From positions 64,001 to 128,000 of the IMG/VR virus record IMGVR_UViG_3300047994_000087: DNA of 64,000 nucleotides. The stretch is one strand, 5' to 3'. Below are positions 10,797 to 20,157 of this stretch, piece by piece; the stretch's first letter is position 1; every line of letters begins with the position of its first letter. The notes beneath the pieces were generated by a model that was not told the DNA's origin, did no database searches, and saw only the letters and a program-made list of their open reading frames with translations. The stretch is from a virus. The position numbers and the translations under genes are program-made.

Positions 10797-11306
10797 TTAC
10801 TTAGACTCCTTCTTATTCTCTAGGATGTGAAAGGAAGTCACAGGATCAGATGTGTAGATGTCCAGTAACGAAGCCATGTGAACAGCCTCCGGGGCTGTGT
10901 ATCCAATTTTCATAGCGGCAAGTGCATATTCAGTGCCACTGCCTATCGCGTATTGCATTCTTCCCATGTCGACATACTTTGACAGAGTACCAGTGTAGAT
11001 ACGGACATTTCCAGTATTACCGTCAATAACCATTACCTGGAAAGGCCCCTTTAAAGTCGCGGTGTCGTCCTGAGTAGTAAGGAACCATTCAAGCACCTTA
11101 ATAAGATGCTTCCAATCACCAGCGAACCCTAGATAGCAGTTTCTGGATTGACTGTAAAAGATCTTACTTTCACAACGAAGCTTCGTATGCCCTTGAGTCA
11201 ACTGCGTGTCTGAGGACAGGGTATATCCGTCGAAGGCGATAGTGGTGGCAAGTGCCGGTGCCGTTGAGAGGATGAGCGCTGCTAGAGGGGCTAGAAATTT
11301 ATGCAT
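10797..11306 (-). CDS. HslV/proteasome-beta-like Ntn peptidase with signal peptide
   Basis: MHKFLAPLAALILSTAPALA|TTIAFDG..SSD; FAGD; YAIGSG..YALAAM..G.TA.EAV..A..LD.YT. Confidence 0.8.
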   Translation of the reverse strand: MHKFLAPLAALILSTAPALATTIAFDGYTLSSDTQLTQGHTKLRCESKIFYSQSRNCYLGFAGDWKHLIKVLEWFLTTQDDTATLKGPFQVMVIDGNTGNVRIYTGTLSKYVDMGRMQYAIGSGTEYALAAMKIGYTAPEAVHMASLLDIYTSDPVTSFHILENKKESK

Positions 11307-11382
11307 GTGGCGTACCTGAACAACTACAGACATGATTGTCCGTTAAGTTCTTGACATGCTGAACAAATTATAAACTATGCGC

Positions 11383-11904
11383 CTATCTCTTCTTGACCGC
11401 TTTCTTAGGTTCTTGTCCAGGAATGGTGCCAGCATAAAGACCAACGTAGTCTTTGGGGAACTGCTTCAGCTGTGCTCGTGTAAGGCTGTAGATAGGCTCT
11501 GAAATCAGCAAGGAATAGTTGCAGGTCAGTCGAAGCGCCTCTGGTGCTGGTATGTACCGGTCCATAAGGGCATTAGCATAATGCACTGCTGCCCCATGTC
11601 CTAGTCCGAACCGCACACACTGAGGAATTGCCTTGGGGGAAGAGGGCATGTATACACTGATCTCTGTGTCAGTTAACAGGACCCCACTGAAGTCGTCCCC
11701 CATTTTAGGATATTCCGACTCCTTCCTTCCGTCCTGGACCCACTGAATAAAAGCGGTTCCATCAAGTTCGGAGCCGCATGTAGCTACTGCTTGTCGATTC
11801 ACGACAAACAGCTTACTGCCTCGATGTACGACGGTGTCTTCAACGTCATCCAGGAACAGACTGTCCGTGCTAAGTGTTTTGCCGTCCCAGATTATAAGTG
11901 TCAT
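11383..11904 (-). CDS. HslV-like Ntn peptidase paralog (divergent)
   Basis: MTLIIWDGKTLSTDS..SKLF..ATCG..FGLGHG..A.EAL. Confidence 0.65.
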   Translation of the reverse strand: MTLIIWDGKTLSTDSLFLDDVEDTVVHRGSKLFVVNRQAVATCGSELDGTAFIQWVQDGRKESEYPKMGDDFSGVLLTDTEISVYMPSSPKAIPQCVRFGLGHGAAVHYANALMDRYIPAPEALRLTCNYSLLISEPIYSLTRAQLKQFPKDYVGLYAGTIPGQEPKKAVKKR

Positions 11905-13204
11905 GTGCGAAGTGCTCCATGTTGAAAGACCGTCCCTTATTATGGAACGGTCTAACAGTTAATCTTGAAAAGCTAACGCTTACTCAGAAGCAGGAGCTGG
12001 AGGAGCAGGGGGGTTGACTTCAGCAAGAAGAGCGTCTACTTCAGCTTTCTTGGCTTGGAGGTCAGAAACCAATCCATCCATGTCAGCAGCGGTAGGGGCT
12101 CCAGCAGAAGCAGCAAGCTGTGCTTCGACAGCAGTCTTCAAACTATCCAATGAACCTTGTAGAGCGGTCAACTCATTTTTTACATCACTCAGGGCTGCCA
12201 TAATTTTCTCGTCCTCATTCTTATCATTTTGCTCAAGCTGAGCAAACAAACTCTTTAACCAAACCAACAACGTATTAATCATACGACCTCTTCTTTTACA
12301 CACCTGATTTTCACCCCAAAATCGCAGGGAGTCTTCCCTCATTTTCTTTGACAGGAAGCCAGAACTCTCTGCATGGGTTGCATATTTGTCGGCCAGCCAA
12401 ATTGAACAGCTTGTATTCCTTCATTCTTATGCCACATGAGTCACACGGGAGCACGGGGATATCGTTATATTCCTCTGCTTGGTGCATGGCCTTTCTCCCA
12501 AGATAGATCCACAATACAGCAACAATTATTCTAGGCAGCATTACTTAGCTTCCTGCATTGCGGCAATTTGCTGCGGAGTTGCTTTGAAGAACTCCAAGGA
12601 GCCTAAGCCGTTTATAGGTCTGTTGTCTAACGGATCAGTAATGGCAGTGATCTGAGTCAGTATAATGTGTGCTGCATGAATAGGGTCACGAGCCTTAATG
12701 ACAAAGGTCTTGATCGACGCAGGCGGCTCAGAGAATATGGATGTGCCATCCTGGAACTTACCATCGCCTTTGAACAACGTAGCCTTGCAAGGGAGGCCTG
12801 TGTCAGCGCGAAAGAAGGCGATGTTGCCTGTGTATATCTGTGTCTGAATAAAGGGTCCGAAGTAGAACATGAGATTAACCTCTAATGCAATGATATTTCT
12901 AAGAGAGGACGCCCATTGTGAGCGCACAAGCAATATGTATCAGCCCCCTGATCGACTACGACTTGTCCAATGTCTTCCGGTACAATTAACCCCTTCAGAC
13001 ATCTGCAAACAAAGCCAATCAAGACCTTCTCTGAGTGCGAGTGACCGCTGAACTCAAATATACCTAACGGTCGCTCACTCTCAATCAACCATCCGTCTTC
13101 CTCTGCCTCAGGGTAGACTTCCTCGAACATGGTTATTAAGTAGTGTCCTTCTCGTAGCGCTACAGCTGGCATCTTTGGCTCATCCTCGTTCTTAGTACTC
13201 ATCC

Positions 13205-13234
13205 ATAATACCCGCCGCGCTATTATTGTGTCAA
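13205..13234 (-). promoter_or_regulatory. sigma70-type promoter, same family as 962
   Basis: Reverse complement TTGACA-caataatagcgcggcggg-TATTAT. Confidence 0.65.
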
Positions 13235-14183
13235 CTCTTAAACATCCGAGTTCTTTTATGATTGATCTTCTAAGTAGCCCTCTTTGGCTGCCAGCATTAA
13301 TGCCTCTCCTATCCAATCTCCAGGGAATTGCTGCTTGAGTCCTGTAGGATCTCTAGCATCCAGCTCTACAACGACCTTACCTCTGTTCGTGTAAACACTG
13401 TAGTCACACTGGGAAAGCTCCATTACTGCCATACCTATTTGTATCAACTCCAGCAACTCATCCTCAGAAAAGTCACTGATATCTATGTCGTTTGTATCGG
13501 CCATTTATTCGGTTCTCCCATCCTGGAATCTTGTTACCTGTTTGTGTTCATACCCATCCCACGTAGGAGGCGGTGTGTACTGGTTCATAAATCTGATCTG
13601 GTCCATAAGAGGCTTTCCGCACACCCAGCAAACCATACCTTCAAGGAATCCGAACATGATGATTGCAGAGAAGGCCATAGGCAGCTCTCCAGCGTAGATC
13701 CATTTGAACATTAAGGCACCGTCCCCTAGTTGTGTGTTGCTTTGTGGGCCACGAGGTGTACGGAGTAATCTTCTAAGTTATGGAATATACTCGCTACAGT
13801 CAATTCCGACTCATTGAACAACTTCTCCGCATAGTCAAAAACACCATTAGTGAAGGGACTGGAACAGAGCAGGAACTGATCGACTCCAGTGTCTAAATCA
13901 GACAGTACTAGCGTGTGCCTTCTGTACTTCTCATCAACATCAAACATATAGTGGTGCAGTGCCTTTCTAACCATCAGCCCCCAGCTGCTTCTCATATGCG
14001 ATTACCGGTCTAGACTCTCCTGGTGGAGTGACGAGTACCACAACGCTGTTGAAAGTACAGAACTCTACTTTGAATTCAGGGGTGATGCTGAGCGTTTTCT
14101 CCCATATCGTGGGCAGCGCTACTCTTATATTATCCAAACCCCACTCATCTACAAGAGATTTAAAGACTCCTAAGAATTCCTCT

Positions 14184-14828
14184 TCAATCTCTGCTGAGGC
14201 GAAGATGTTGGTGTGCTGACTGACGTTTGTGTTTTCCATGTGCAGATCCTTTTGCCATCTGCATCAATCTTAAATCTTGGTCTATCGTTGAAACGGAAGT
14301 TGAGGCTTTTGCATATGAGTACAGATTGTTCCAAGCTTCAATATATGGAGCTGCCCTTTCTGGACTGCGACTTTGGTTAAATGTCAGCACATTGCACTGC
14401 TCATCAGCGGAATCTGTGTAGTTCCAGGACCCGTCGATTACGTAAGCATGGTCTGCAATCGAGAACTTAGAGTGCATCAAAGCGTGATGATCTGGTGACG
14501 TTGTAACAAGCACCTCAATACCAGCTCTACGCATCTGATCAATAAGTGTCTGTTCCTTATCAATAGACAAAGTCTGTGACTTGTCGAGAATGACTTTGAC
14601 GATGACGCCATTGGCAGCCAGTCGACAATACTCATCCGCTACTCTCTGAGAAGTCATTGTGTAGACAGCTACATACAGGGAGTATTTAGCATTCTCCCCA
14701 ATGTAGTCCACATACGTCTGTGTCCCGTTCTGTGCGGGAGTGAACACCGTCGATAGATCACACAGGTAAGCCATGGCTGGCTGTAATGATAACGCGCACG
14801 CAAGGGCCAGTGGTAGGAGCGATTTCAT
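14184..14828 (-). CDS. phospholipase D-family (Nuc-like) nuclease with signal peptide
   Basis: Single HxK(x4)D(x6)GSxN motif (HSKFSIADHAYVIDGSWN); N-terminal signal ending AMA. Confidence 0.88.
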   Translation of the reverse strand: MKSLLPLALACALSLQPAMAYLCDLSTVFTPAQNGTQTYVDYIGENAKYSLYVAVYTMTSQRVADEYCRLAANGVIVKVILDKSQTLSIDKEQTLIDQMRRAGIEVLVTTSPDHHALMHSKFSIADHAYVIDGSWNYTDSADEQCNVLTFNQSRSPERAAPYIEAWNNLYSYAKASTSVSTIDQDLRLMQMAKGSAHGKHKRQSAHQHLRLSRD

Positions 14829-15469
14829 TACTTCTTTAGTCTCAACGCTTTGTTGATGTCAGCTTTGTTGAAGGCAACAACAGGGATAAGACCAAGAGAC
14901 TCCCACAGCTCACGTCCAGCAATGTTGCCGCTTATAAAGGCACCTTCAACCATGGTGAATTTCTTTCCTCGCAGCTCAGACCATCCCTGCTTTATCAGAG
15001 AATCCCCAAAGGAGATACGTCCGAACACAGGGGAGAATGAACCACTCTTATCCAGGAAGCCAATCTGATTGCCATCAGAGTACAGCACTGCGTCCTGATT
15101 GTATTTACTACAGGCGTTGGCCATGAGCTTGCGGAATTCAGACTCAGGCAGGCCACCTGATGCAGGCACAAAGAAAGACCGTTCTTGAGTCGGCTTTTCA
15201 TCGCCAGCTTCTTGCCAGTAGCCAATCAACTGAATGCCGCCTAGATTGGCAGCGTTCAAAGAGCGGATAAGCTCAGAGTTCAAACGGTCGTTCTCAGCTT
15301 CACTGTTATTGTGTCGACTTGCAGTCACTAGAGCATAAGGGGCTCCAGAAGTAGCATGAGTGTTGATACGTGAAAGACCAGCACCTTCCAGAAGAGACAG
15401 GTCAATCCAGGTCACAGCCACATTAGGGTGGTTGTCTGCTTCTGCCAGAATACGCTTAGCTCTACTCAT
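14828..15469 (-). CDS. phage protein with MSRA leader
   Basis: MSRAKRILAE; body with TASR, ERSFFV and KYNQDAVLY motifs, which I recall from T4-like phage hypotheticals. Confidence 0.7.
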   Translation of the reverse strand: MSRAKRILAEADNHPNVAVTWIDLSLLEGAGLSRINTHATSGAPYALVTASRHNNSEAENDRLNSELIRSLNAANLGGIQLIGYWQEAGDEKPTQERSFFVPASGGLPESEFRKLMANACSKYNQDAVLYSDGNQIGFLDKSGSFSPVFGRISFGDSLIKQGWSELRGKKFTMVEGAFISGNIAGRELWESLGLIPVVAFNKADINKALRLKK

Positions 15470-15870
15470 CTCTGTTCCTTCAAAACACTTACAAAATCAG
15501 CTCCATCAGATTTTCTTGTCCAGTAGTCTATCAAAGCATCTTTATTCAAGACGGCCCAATTTGAAGCCATCTCAATCGCTTCGGTGGGAAGACTATCAGG
15601 AGGAACTTCTGTTACGACAAAAGCGCCGTCATCTTGCAGGAAGAGATCGACACACGGTGCTTCATCAAAACGCTTGCCTGCATGGATTCTAATCCGCATA
15701 GGTTTACCATCTTCAGGATCTGACAAAGCCCAAGCTGTAATGAGTAGCCCTGAAGGACACCGAAGCCAGAAGTTGGCTCCTTCCCATACCCAGTCTTGCT
15801 CCAGAGTCTCGGCTGCTCTGCATTTGTCTGGTTCATCTTTACAGTCGTGTGTGTGCTTCGTCATTTTCAA
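15466..15870 (-). CDS. DUF4160-like protein
   Basis: PSGL..., PMRIRI, WAVLNKDALIDYW; paralogous to 15877-16242. Confidence 0.5.
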   Translation of the reverse strand: MKMTKHTHDCKDEPDKCRAAETLEQDWVWEGANFWLRCPSGLLITAWALSDPEDGKPMRIRIHAGKRFDEAPCVDLFLQDDGAFVVTEVPPDSLPTEAIEMASNWAVLNKDALIDYWTRKSDGADFVSVLKEQR

Positions 15871-15876
15871 AGAACC

Positions 15877-16242
15877 TTAAACATGCTGTTGTCTTGCTTT
15901 GAATTGAGCGTAATCGATCTCGCTTCTCCAAAGTTGCCATAGAAGATCTTTATTCAACTGCATCCAAGCCATTACTGATTCAATATCTTTTCTAGTGATT
16001 CCTTTAGGCACTTCTATGTCCTTGTCTAAATGAGGCTCTCCTAAGATGTCCATAATTATCGGAAGACACTCATCCTTAGTGAAGCTGTTTCCTGAGGAGC
16101 TTACCTTTACTCGTACTAGCGGATGGCCGCCTTGTTCCACTGAAACATAAACAACCTTAGACAACCCACTGTCTTTAGGAAAGATGTTGACCATCTCAAA
16201 CAAATCACTATGACCTTCAATTATTCGTTTGGCTCTTTTCAC
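15877..16242 (-). CDS. DUF4160-like protein with MKRA leader
   Basis: MKRAKRIIE; EMVNIFPKDSGL, HPLVRVKV, WMQLNKDLLWQLW. Confidence 0.55.
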   Translation of the reverse strand: MKRAKRIIEGHSDLFEMVNIFPKDSGLSKVVYVSVEQGGHPLVRVKVSSSGNSFTKDECLPIIMDILGEPHLDKDIEVPKGITRKDIESVMAWMQLNKDLLWQLWRSEIDYAQFKARQQHV

Positions 16243-16755
16243 TTAATCGACCTCTCTCAATATCTTCTTCGCCCTACTCTCAAACTGATTACCCGCTGCG
16301 TCTCTGGAATAATCATACGCTTGCAGGCGTCCAAGGTGATTATAACCTACCTGAGCACCGTCTATGTTGGCTATCCAATGGGGGTCCGTGCTGTCTTGTT
16401 TGTCGATGATGTCATGGCTTACGCCACTGTCTAAGCGGATAGTGTTCTTCAGCTTCTCCATGACCAGGACGGGCGGATTGTAGTCGTAATCTAATTCACA
16501 TTCAGCAAAGTGGCTGAGTGGGTGAGAAGCCCATAGATTACGTTCAATTGCATTGTCCCTCTCTCCATCTGGGGAGAGGGGAGCTTTGTACACATATTGA
16601 TCGTGGTCATTAAATATAAGGCGATAAGAACCGCAGCCAATGGGCTCTCCATATCTGTCCCGGAGTTGTCCAATGACTTTACGGTACTGGTCAAAGCTAG
16701 CACCGCCAGTGTTGAGGATGGTTGTTATGGCCTGGTTCCAGTATTGGTTACTCAT
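16243..16755 (-). CDS. minimal protein kinase-like protein
   Basis: IGCGSYRLIF glycine loop, VYK, N..E, LVMEKL, QVG...AYDY; paralog of the N domain of 27883-28920. Confidence 0.65.
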   Translation of the reverse strand: MSNQYWNQAITTILNTGGASFDQYRKVIGQLRDRYGEPIGCGSYRLIFNDHDQYVYKAPLSPDGERDNAIERNLWASHPLSHFAECELDYDYNPPVLVMEKLKNTIRLDSGVSHDIIDKQDSTDPHWIANIDGAQVGYNHLGRLQAYDYSRDAAGNQFESRAKKILREVD

Positions 16756-16846
16756 TTGTTATCACAGCTGTAATGCTCCTAAAAATTATATACGGCTCTG
16801 CCCTTATCTCCAGTTTCCACCCTTAACTATAGCAGAGCCTGTTTGA

Positions 16847-16876
16847 AGTGTAGCGCGGCTGCTATTATTCCGTCAA
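16847..16876 (-). promoter_or_regulatory. sigma70-type promoter, same family as 962
   Basis: Reverse complement TTGACG-gaataatagcagccgcgc-TACACT. Confidence 0.65.
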
Positions 16877-17009
16877 GGAATAAACAACTGAGTACTGTAT
16901 TGTTTAAAAGTTGTCCCATGATTAAACCGGCTCACAGGACAAGCCTATTCACCATGAAATTAATCATGGCTATGCTGCCCAGCGGGCATCTCTTTTAGAC
17001 TAACATAAA

Positions 17010-17097
17010 TGGTGCACACGGCTAGATTTGAACTAGCGAACCCTTTCGAGATGGAGGTTACAGCTCCACTGTTTTAACCAGACTCACACACGTGTAC
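17010..17097 (-). tRNA. tRNA-Tyr(GTA)
   Basis: Cloverleaf; anticodon loop CTGTAAC; long variable arm; CCA encoded. Confidence 0.92.
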
Positions 17098-17098
17098 A

Positions 17099-17174
17099 TG
17101 GTGCCATCGGTCAGTAACGATCTGACTTCTCGCCGTCTTCAGCGGCATGTGTTGACCTCAATCACCACAATGGC
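17099..17174 (-). tRNA. tRNA-Phe(GAA)
   Basis: Anticodon loop CTGAAGA; CCA encoded; atypical T-loop ATCGTTA. Confidence 0.88.
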
Positions 17175-17177
17175 ATA

Positions 17178-17259
17178 CGGAGTAATGAGGGTTCGAACCT
17201 CAGACCCTTGCGGGCAGAACCTTTAGCAAAGGCCACTCTCGACCAACCGAACTTACTCC
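17178..17259 (-). tRNA. tRNA-Ser(GCT)
   Basis: Anticodon loop TTGCTAA; long variable arm; no encoded CCA. Confidence 0.88.
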
Positions 17260-17263
17260 AAAA

Positions 17264-17352
17264 TGGCGGACACGGTATGGGTATGATCCTACAACCCCTT
17301 TCAGGGCACTCGGGTTCAAACCGAGCTGGCCGTCCAATTTGCCTTCGTGTCC
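17264..17352 (-). tRNA. tRNA-Ser(TGA)
   Basis: Anticodon loop TTTGAAC; long variable arm; CCA; irregular T-arm. Confidence 0.85.
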
Positions 17353-17358
17353 AAAAAA

Positions 17359-17431
17359 CCCTGAAGACGGGGGTTGCTCCCGCTTCCTCCCCATAGACAG
17401 TGGGGTGACTCTGCTGTACGTCTGCTTCAGG
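17359..17431 (-). tRNA. tRNA-Asp(GTC)
   Basis: Anticodon loop CTGTCTA; acceptor CCTGAAG/CTTCAGG; no CCA. Confidence 0.82.
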
Positions 17432-17432
17432 A

Positions 17433-17504
17433 TGGCGCAGCGCGAAGGAATCGAACCTTCTTCTGCGGTTTTGGAGACCGCTTGCCCACCATGGGCTGCA
17501 CTAC
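17433..17504 (-). tRNA. tRNA-Trp(CCA)
   Basis: Anticodon loop CTCCAAA; GTTCGATTC T-arm; CCA. Confidence 0.9.
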
Positions 17505-17506
17505 AT

Positions 17507-17583
17507 TGGTGCCCTACCCCTGATTCGAACAGGGATACACCTCTTTCTAAGAGAGGGGAGTGTGCCAATTCCTCAAGTAGGGC
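17507..17583 (-). tRNA. tRNA-Leu(TAG)
   Basis: Anticodon loop CTTAGAA; short variable loop; CCA. Confidence 0.9.
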
Positions 17584-17596
17584 ATAAATAATCACT

Positions 17597-18247
17597 TTAA
17601 GCAACTCCTAACTTCTTTGCTCTCTTATGTATAGCACTGTCAGATACGCCATACATCTTTCCAATTGACACTACAGTATTGTTAGCAAGCAAGTCCTCCA
17701 GCTCTGCTTTAGTCACCTCAAACTTCTTCAACCAAGGTTTATCAAAATTTCTCGGCTTATTGCCGGGAATTCTAACCTGTTTTTTATTTGCTCGTGTTCG
17801 TGCCGTTTTCAAAGCATGACAGTTAGCGCATAGAATCTCTAAATTATCTAAACGACAATCTTCAGGATTACTATTTTTGTGGTCCCCTTCCAAAGGGACT
17901 TTATCGCCCATCCACTCCGTTATTCCACAGGACTCACACATTTCCTGTTTGATTCCCTCTTTTATAAGTCGCTTCCTAAGAGTGTGGGACTTAATACTGC
18001 TTGGGCACACTAGATAATGATCAATAGCACGTTTAGACCCTAAAACCTTACTTTTAGCCCATCCTAATCCTGTGAAGTGAGAAAAATCAACGCCAAACTC
18101 AATGGCCCTCTTCTTCGCGTATGATTCAGAACCAGAGTAGGGTTTTAGCCCAATCTTCTGACATACTTCTCTCCAACAAGACGATGAAGAAACGTGGTCT
18201 TCTAGCAATTCCTTAGAATAGACAATTCTTGACACAAGCTTACCCAC
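17597..18247 (-). CDS. HNH homing endonuclease inserted in the tRNA array
   Basis: CESC...DHKNSN...NLEILCANCHA HNH/Zn motif plus C-terminal HTH; probable GTG start at 18247 (or 18235) because the upstream frame overlaps tRNAs. Confidence 0.88.
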   Translation of the reverse strand: MGKLVSRIVYSKELLEDHVSSSSCWREVCQKIGLKPYSGSESYAKKRAIEFGVDFSHFTGLGWAKSKVLGSKRAIDHYLVCPSSIKSHTLRKRLIKEGIKQEMCESCGITEWMGDKVPLEGDHKNSNPEDCRLDNLEILCANCHALKTARTRANKKQVRIPGNKPRNFDKPWLKKFEVTKAELEDLLANNTVVSIGKMYGVSDSAIHKRAKKLGVA

Positions 18248-18264
18248 AACAATGCCCTCTATAA

Positions 18265-18342
18265 TGGTGCCTCTTCTCAGATTCGAACTGAGACCTTGAT
18301 CCGTCTTGAGCGGAGCGCTTCTGCCAATTGAGCAAAAGAGGC
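18265..18342 (-). tRNA. tRNA-Leu(CAA)
   Basis: Anticodon loop CTCAAGA; short variable loop; CCA. Confidence 0.9.
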
Positions 18343-18345
18343 GTA

Positions 18346-18421
18346 TGGAGCACGTTGTCAGATTTGCACTGACGCATATCCGCTTTGCAGGCGGGTGCAT
18401 TACTGTCTTTGCTAAACGCGC
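18346..18421 (-). tRNA. tRNA-Cys(GCA)
   Basis: Anticodon loop CTGCAAA; U73; CCA. Confidence 0.9.
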
Positions 18422-18424
18422 ATA

Positions 18425-18499
18425 TGGGGTGAGTGACGGATCTTGAAACCGCATTACCTAGTTCACAACCAGGGGTCCTAGCCTTTAGACGACACTCAC
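18425..18499 (-). tRNA. tRNA-His(GTG)
   Basis: Anticodon loop TTGTGAA; C73; CCA; the base at -1 is T, not G. Confidence 0.9.
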
Positions 18500-18503
18500 A
18501 ATT

Positions 18504-18574
18504 CTGGTCCTGAAGGTAACGCTCCTTCTTCTCTTGCGTCAGAGGCAAGCGCGATGCTAGTACGCCAAGGACCA
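18504..18574 (-). tRNA. tRNA-Gln(CTG)
   Basis: Anticodon loop CTCTGAC; U1-A72; no CCA. Confidence 0.85.
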
Positions 18575-18625
18575 ACGAAATTGCCTGGTCGGCTCTCTCG
18601 TTATGATGTCGCTGTCGGTATGAAA

Positions 18626-18700
18626 TGGATGAGGAAGTAGGACCTGCCCCTACCACTCCTGCTTCAAAGGCAGGCACGTTTCTAACTACGCCATTCCTCA
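18626..18700 (-). tRNA. tRNA-Gln(TTG)
   Basis: Anticodon loop CTTTGAA; U1-A72; CCA. Confidence 0.88.
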
Positions 18701-18748
18701 ATATGCTGATGACAGCAACATCAGAGGTTTGGTTTTGTTGTCGGAAAA

Positions 18749-18824
18749 TGGAGGTCCAGGCACGACTTGCACATGCACCAGCGCTCTTATCGGGAGCGTG
18801 TTCCACTATTTGAACTACTGGACC
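18749..18824 (-). tRNA. tRNA-Ile(GAT)
   Basis: Anticodon loop CCGATAA (C33); CCA. Confidence 0.85.
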
Positions 18825-18826
18825 AA

Positions 18827-18901
18827 TGGTCCGAGATGCACGAATTGAACATGCTTGATCCTGCTCCCAAAGCAGACGGCCAGCCAATGGCCCAATCCCG
18901 G
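18827..18901 (-). tRNA. tRNA-Pro(TGG)
   Basis: Anticodon loop TTTGGGA; CCA. Confidence 0.9.
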
Positions 18902-18904
18902 TCG

Positions 18905-19375
18905 TAGAGCTGTTAAGCTCTGGGGTTTGGACTAATTCGCGGTCGGTTGAAAAATTTAGAGAAGGCATTGCCTGAATTTCCTACATTGTTGATAGCTACG
19001 CTGCACAGCGATAATGACGACCAGCTAAACTGGCAATCGCTTTGGAGGCTATAATGTAGGGACAAATTCACTGGAACTATTTCCTTTTAAACTAAACCTT
19101 TAGTGGCTGATCTTACGTGTAGCGCCTAAAGGCATCTGCAAACTAATCTATCACAGAAGCTGATCACTTGCAAATTTGTTTGCATTTTTGAAAACACAAA
19201 CTAGATGCTCATACTTTTAATCACTTTCAAAATCAAATCCCATAAACCGATCTGCGTCATCATTACTACTAAACTCAAGGAATGTGCGTAAAGGCTCAGA
19301 CCAATGAATGCAGTCGTATTCTATTTTGCCATCTAGGTTTCTCCATTGCTCAGAGCAGGGGAGAATGACCTGTGT
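18905..19375 (+). ncRNA. candidate ~470-nt structured ncRNA
   Basis: Nested long-range helices, with G-U pairs only on the + strand; no ORF. Confidence 0.5.
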
Positions 19376-19389
19376 CTCTTGCGTTATTC

Positions 19390-20157
19390 TCACAACGTCT
19401 CCTCGTAGAGTTTAGTTGTCTCCAGTACGAGAGCAGGCAATATCTTTACTGGATCACAGGCATACAAACCTGCAACGTTGACGCTGCCAGTTTCAAGAAT
19501 CCGATAGCCATCTCCACCATCGCAAACATCCAGCACGTAAACTGGGGGCAATCCAGGATACATTGGGACCGACTCTGCAAATTCTTTTACGGTCTCTTCA
19601 ACGCCAGCTTCTATGTGACGCTTTCCATCCCTTCTATAACAACAAACATCGAGGAGTCTTCCTTGGTGCATAAAGCATCTCCATTCATGCCGAATCTTAT
19701 AGGCTGGAGCGGCAACAACCAATGTTGAAGGCTGCACCTGATATCCATTGAATAGTCTCTCAAAATCTTCATAGCAATAGACGCCACCGTTGAAAAGCTT
19801 GTCGTTAGTGTCTGGACGTAGGAAAAGGTCTCTATCAACAAGCACCCCTTCTCTATCCCAACCCCATCTCTCCATTAAAGTCCCAGCTGGGAGCATGATA
19901 TACTCCTGATTGAACAGAAATTTATGCCAATACCCTGCATAGTCTTGAAACCTCAGAGACTTCCAAGGGGTCAAATGGAACACATGGTTTTGAACCTGCT
20001 TAGTTACGCCGATACTTGCGTGCAGCAGTCCGTAATTCTCATAGCGAGCAGCTTCTGTAGTCGGAAGAGTGTTTACCTCAACTTCCAGCCCAAGCTTTTC
20101 CGCCGCCTCTTTGACCAGAAGGTCTTCTGGAAGGAAATGTTCAAGTAACCATTTCAT
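19390..20157 (-). CDS. ATP-grasp domain protein (DUF4343/R2K-like)
   Basis: FLRP...KLFNGGV, EWRCF, YVLDV, ILETGSVNVAGLY. Confidence 0.82.
   Translation of the reverse strand: MKWLLEHFLPEDLLVKEAAEKLGLEVEVNTLPTTEAARYENYGLLHASIGVTKQVQNHVFHLTPWKSLRFQDYAGYWHKFLFNQEYIMLPAGTLMERWGWDREGVLVDRDLFLRPDTNDKLFNGGVYCYEDFERLFNGYQVQPSTLVVAAPAYKIRHEWRCFMHQGRLLDVCCYRRDGKRHIEAGVEETVKEFAESVPMYPGLPPVYVLDVCDGGDGYRILETGSVNVAGLYACDPVKILPALVLETTKLYEETL

Noticed and set aside
16880-17005. HDV-like (theta) ribozyme downstream of tRNA-Tyr, also considered at 22027-22107
   Set aside because: Some pseudoknot-like pairing exists, but I could not fit adjacent P3/P1 strands and a J4/2 catalytic C; a descriptor search would be needed.
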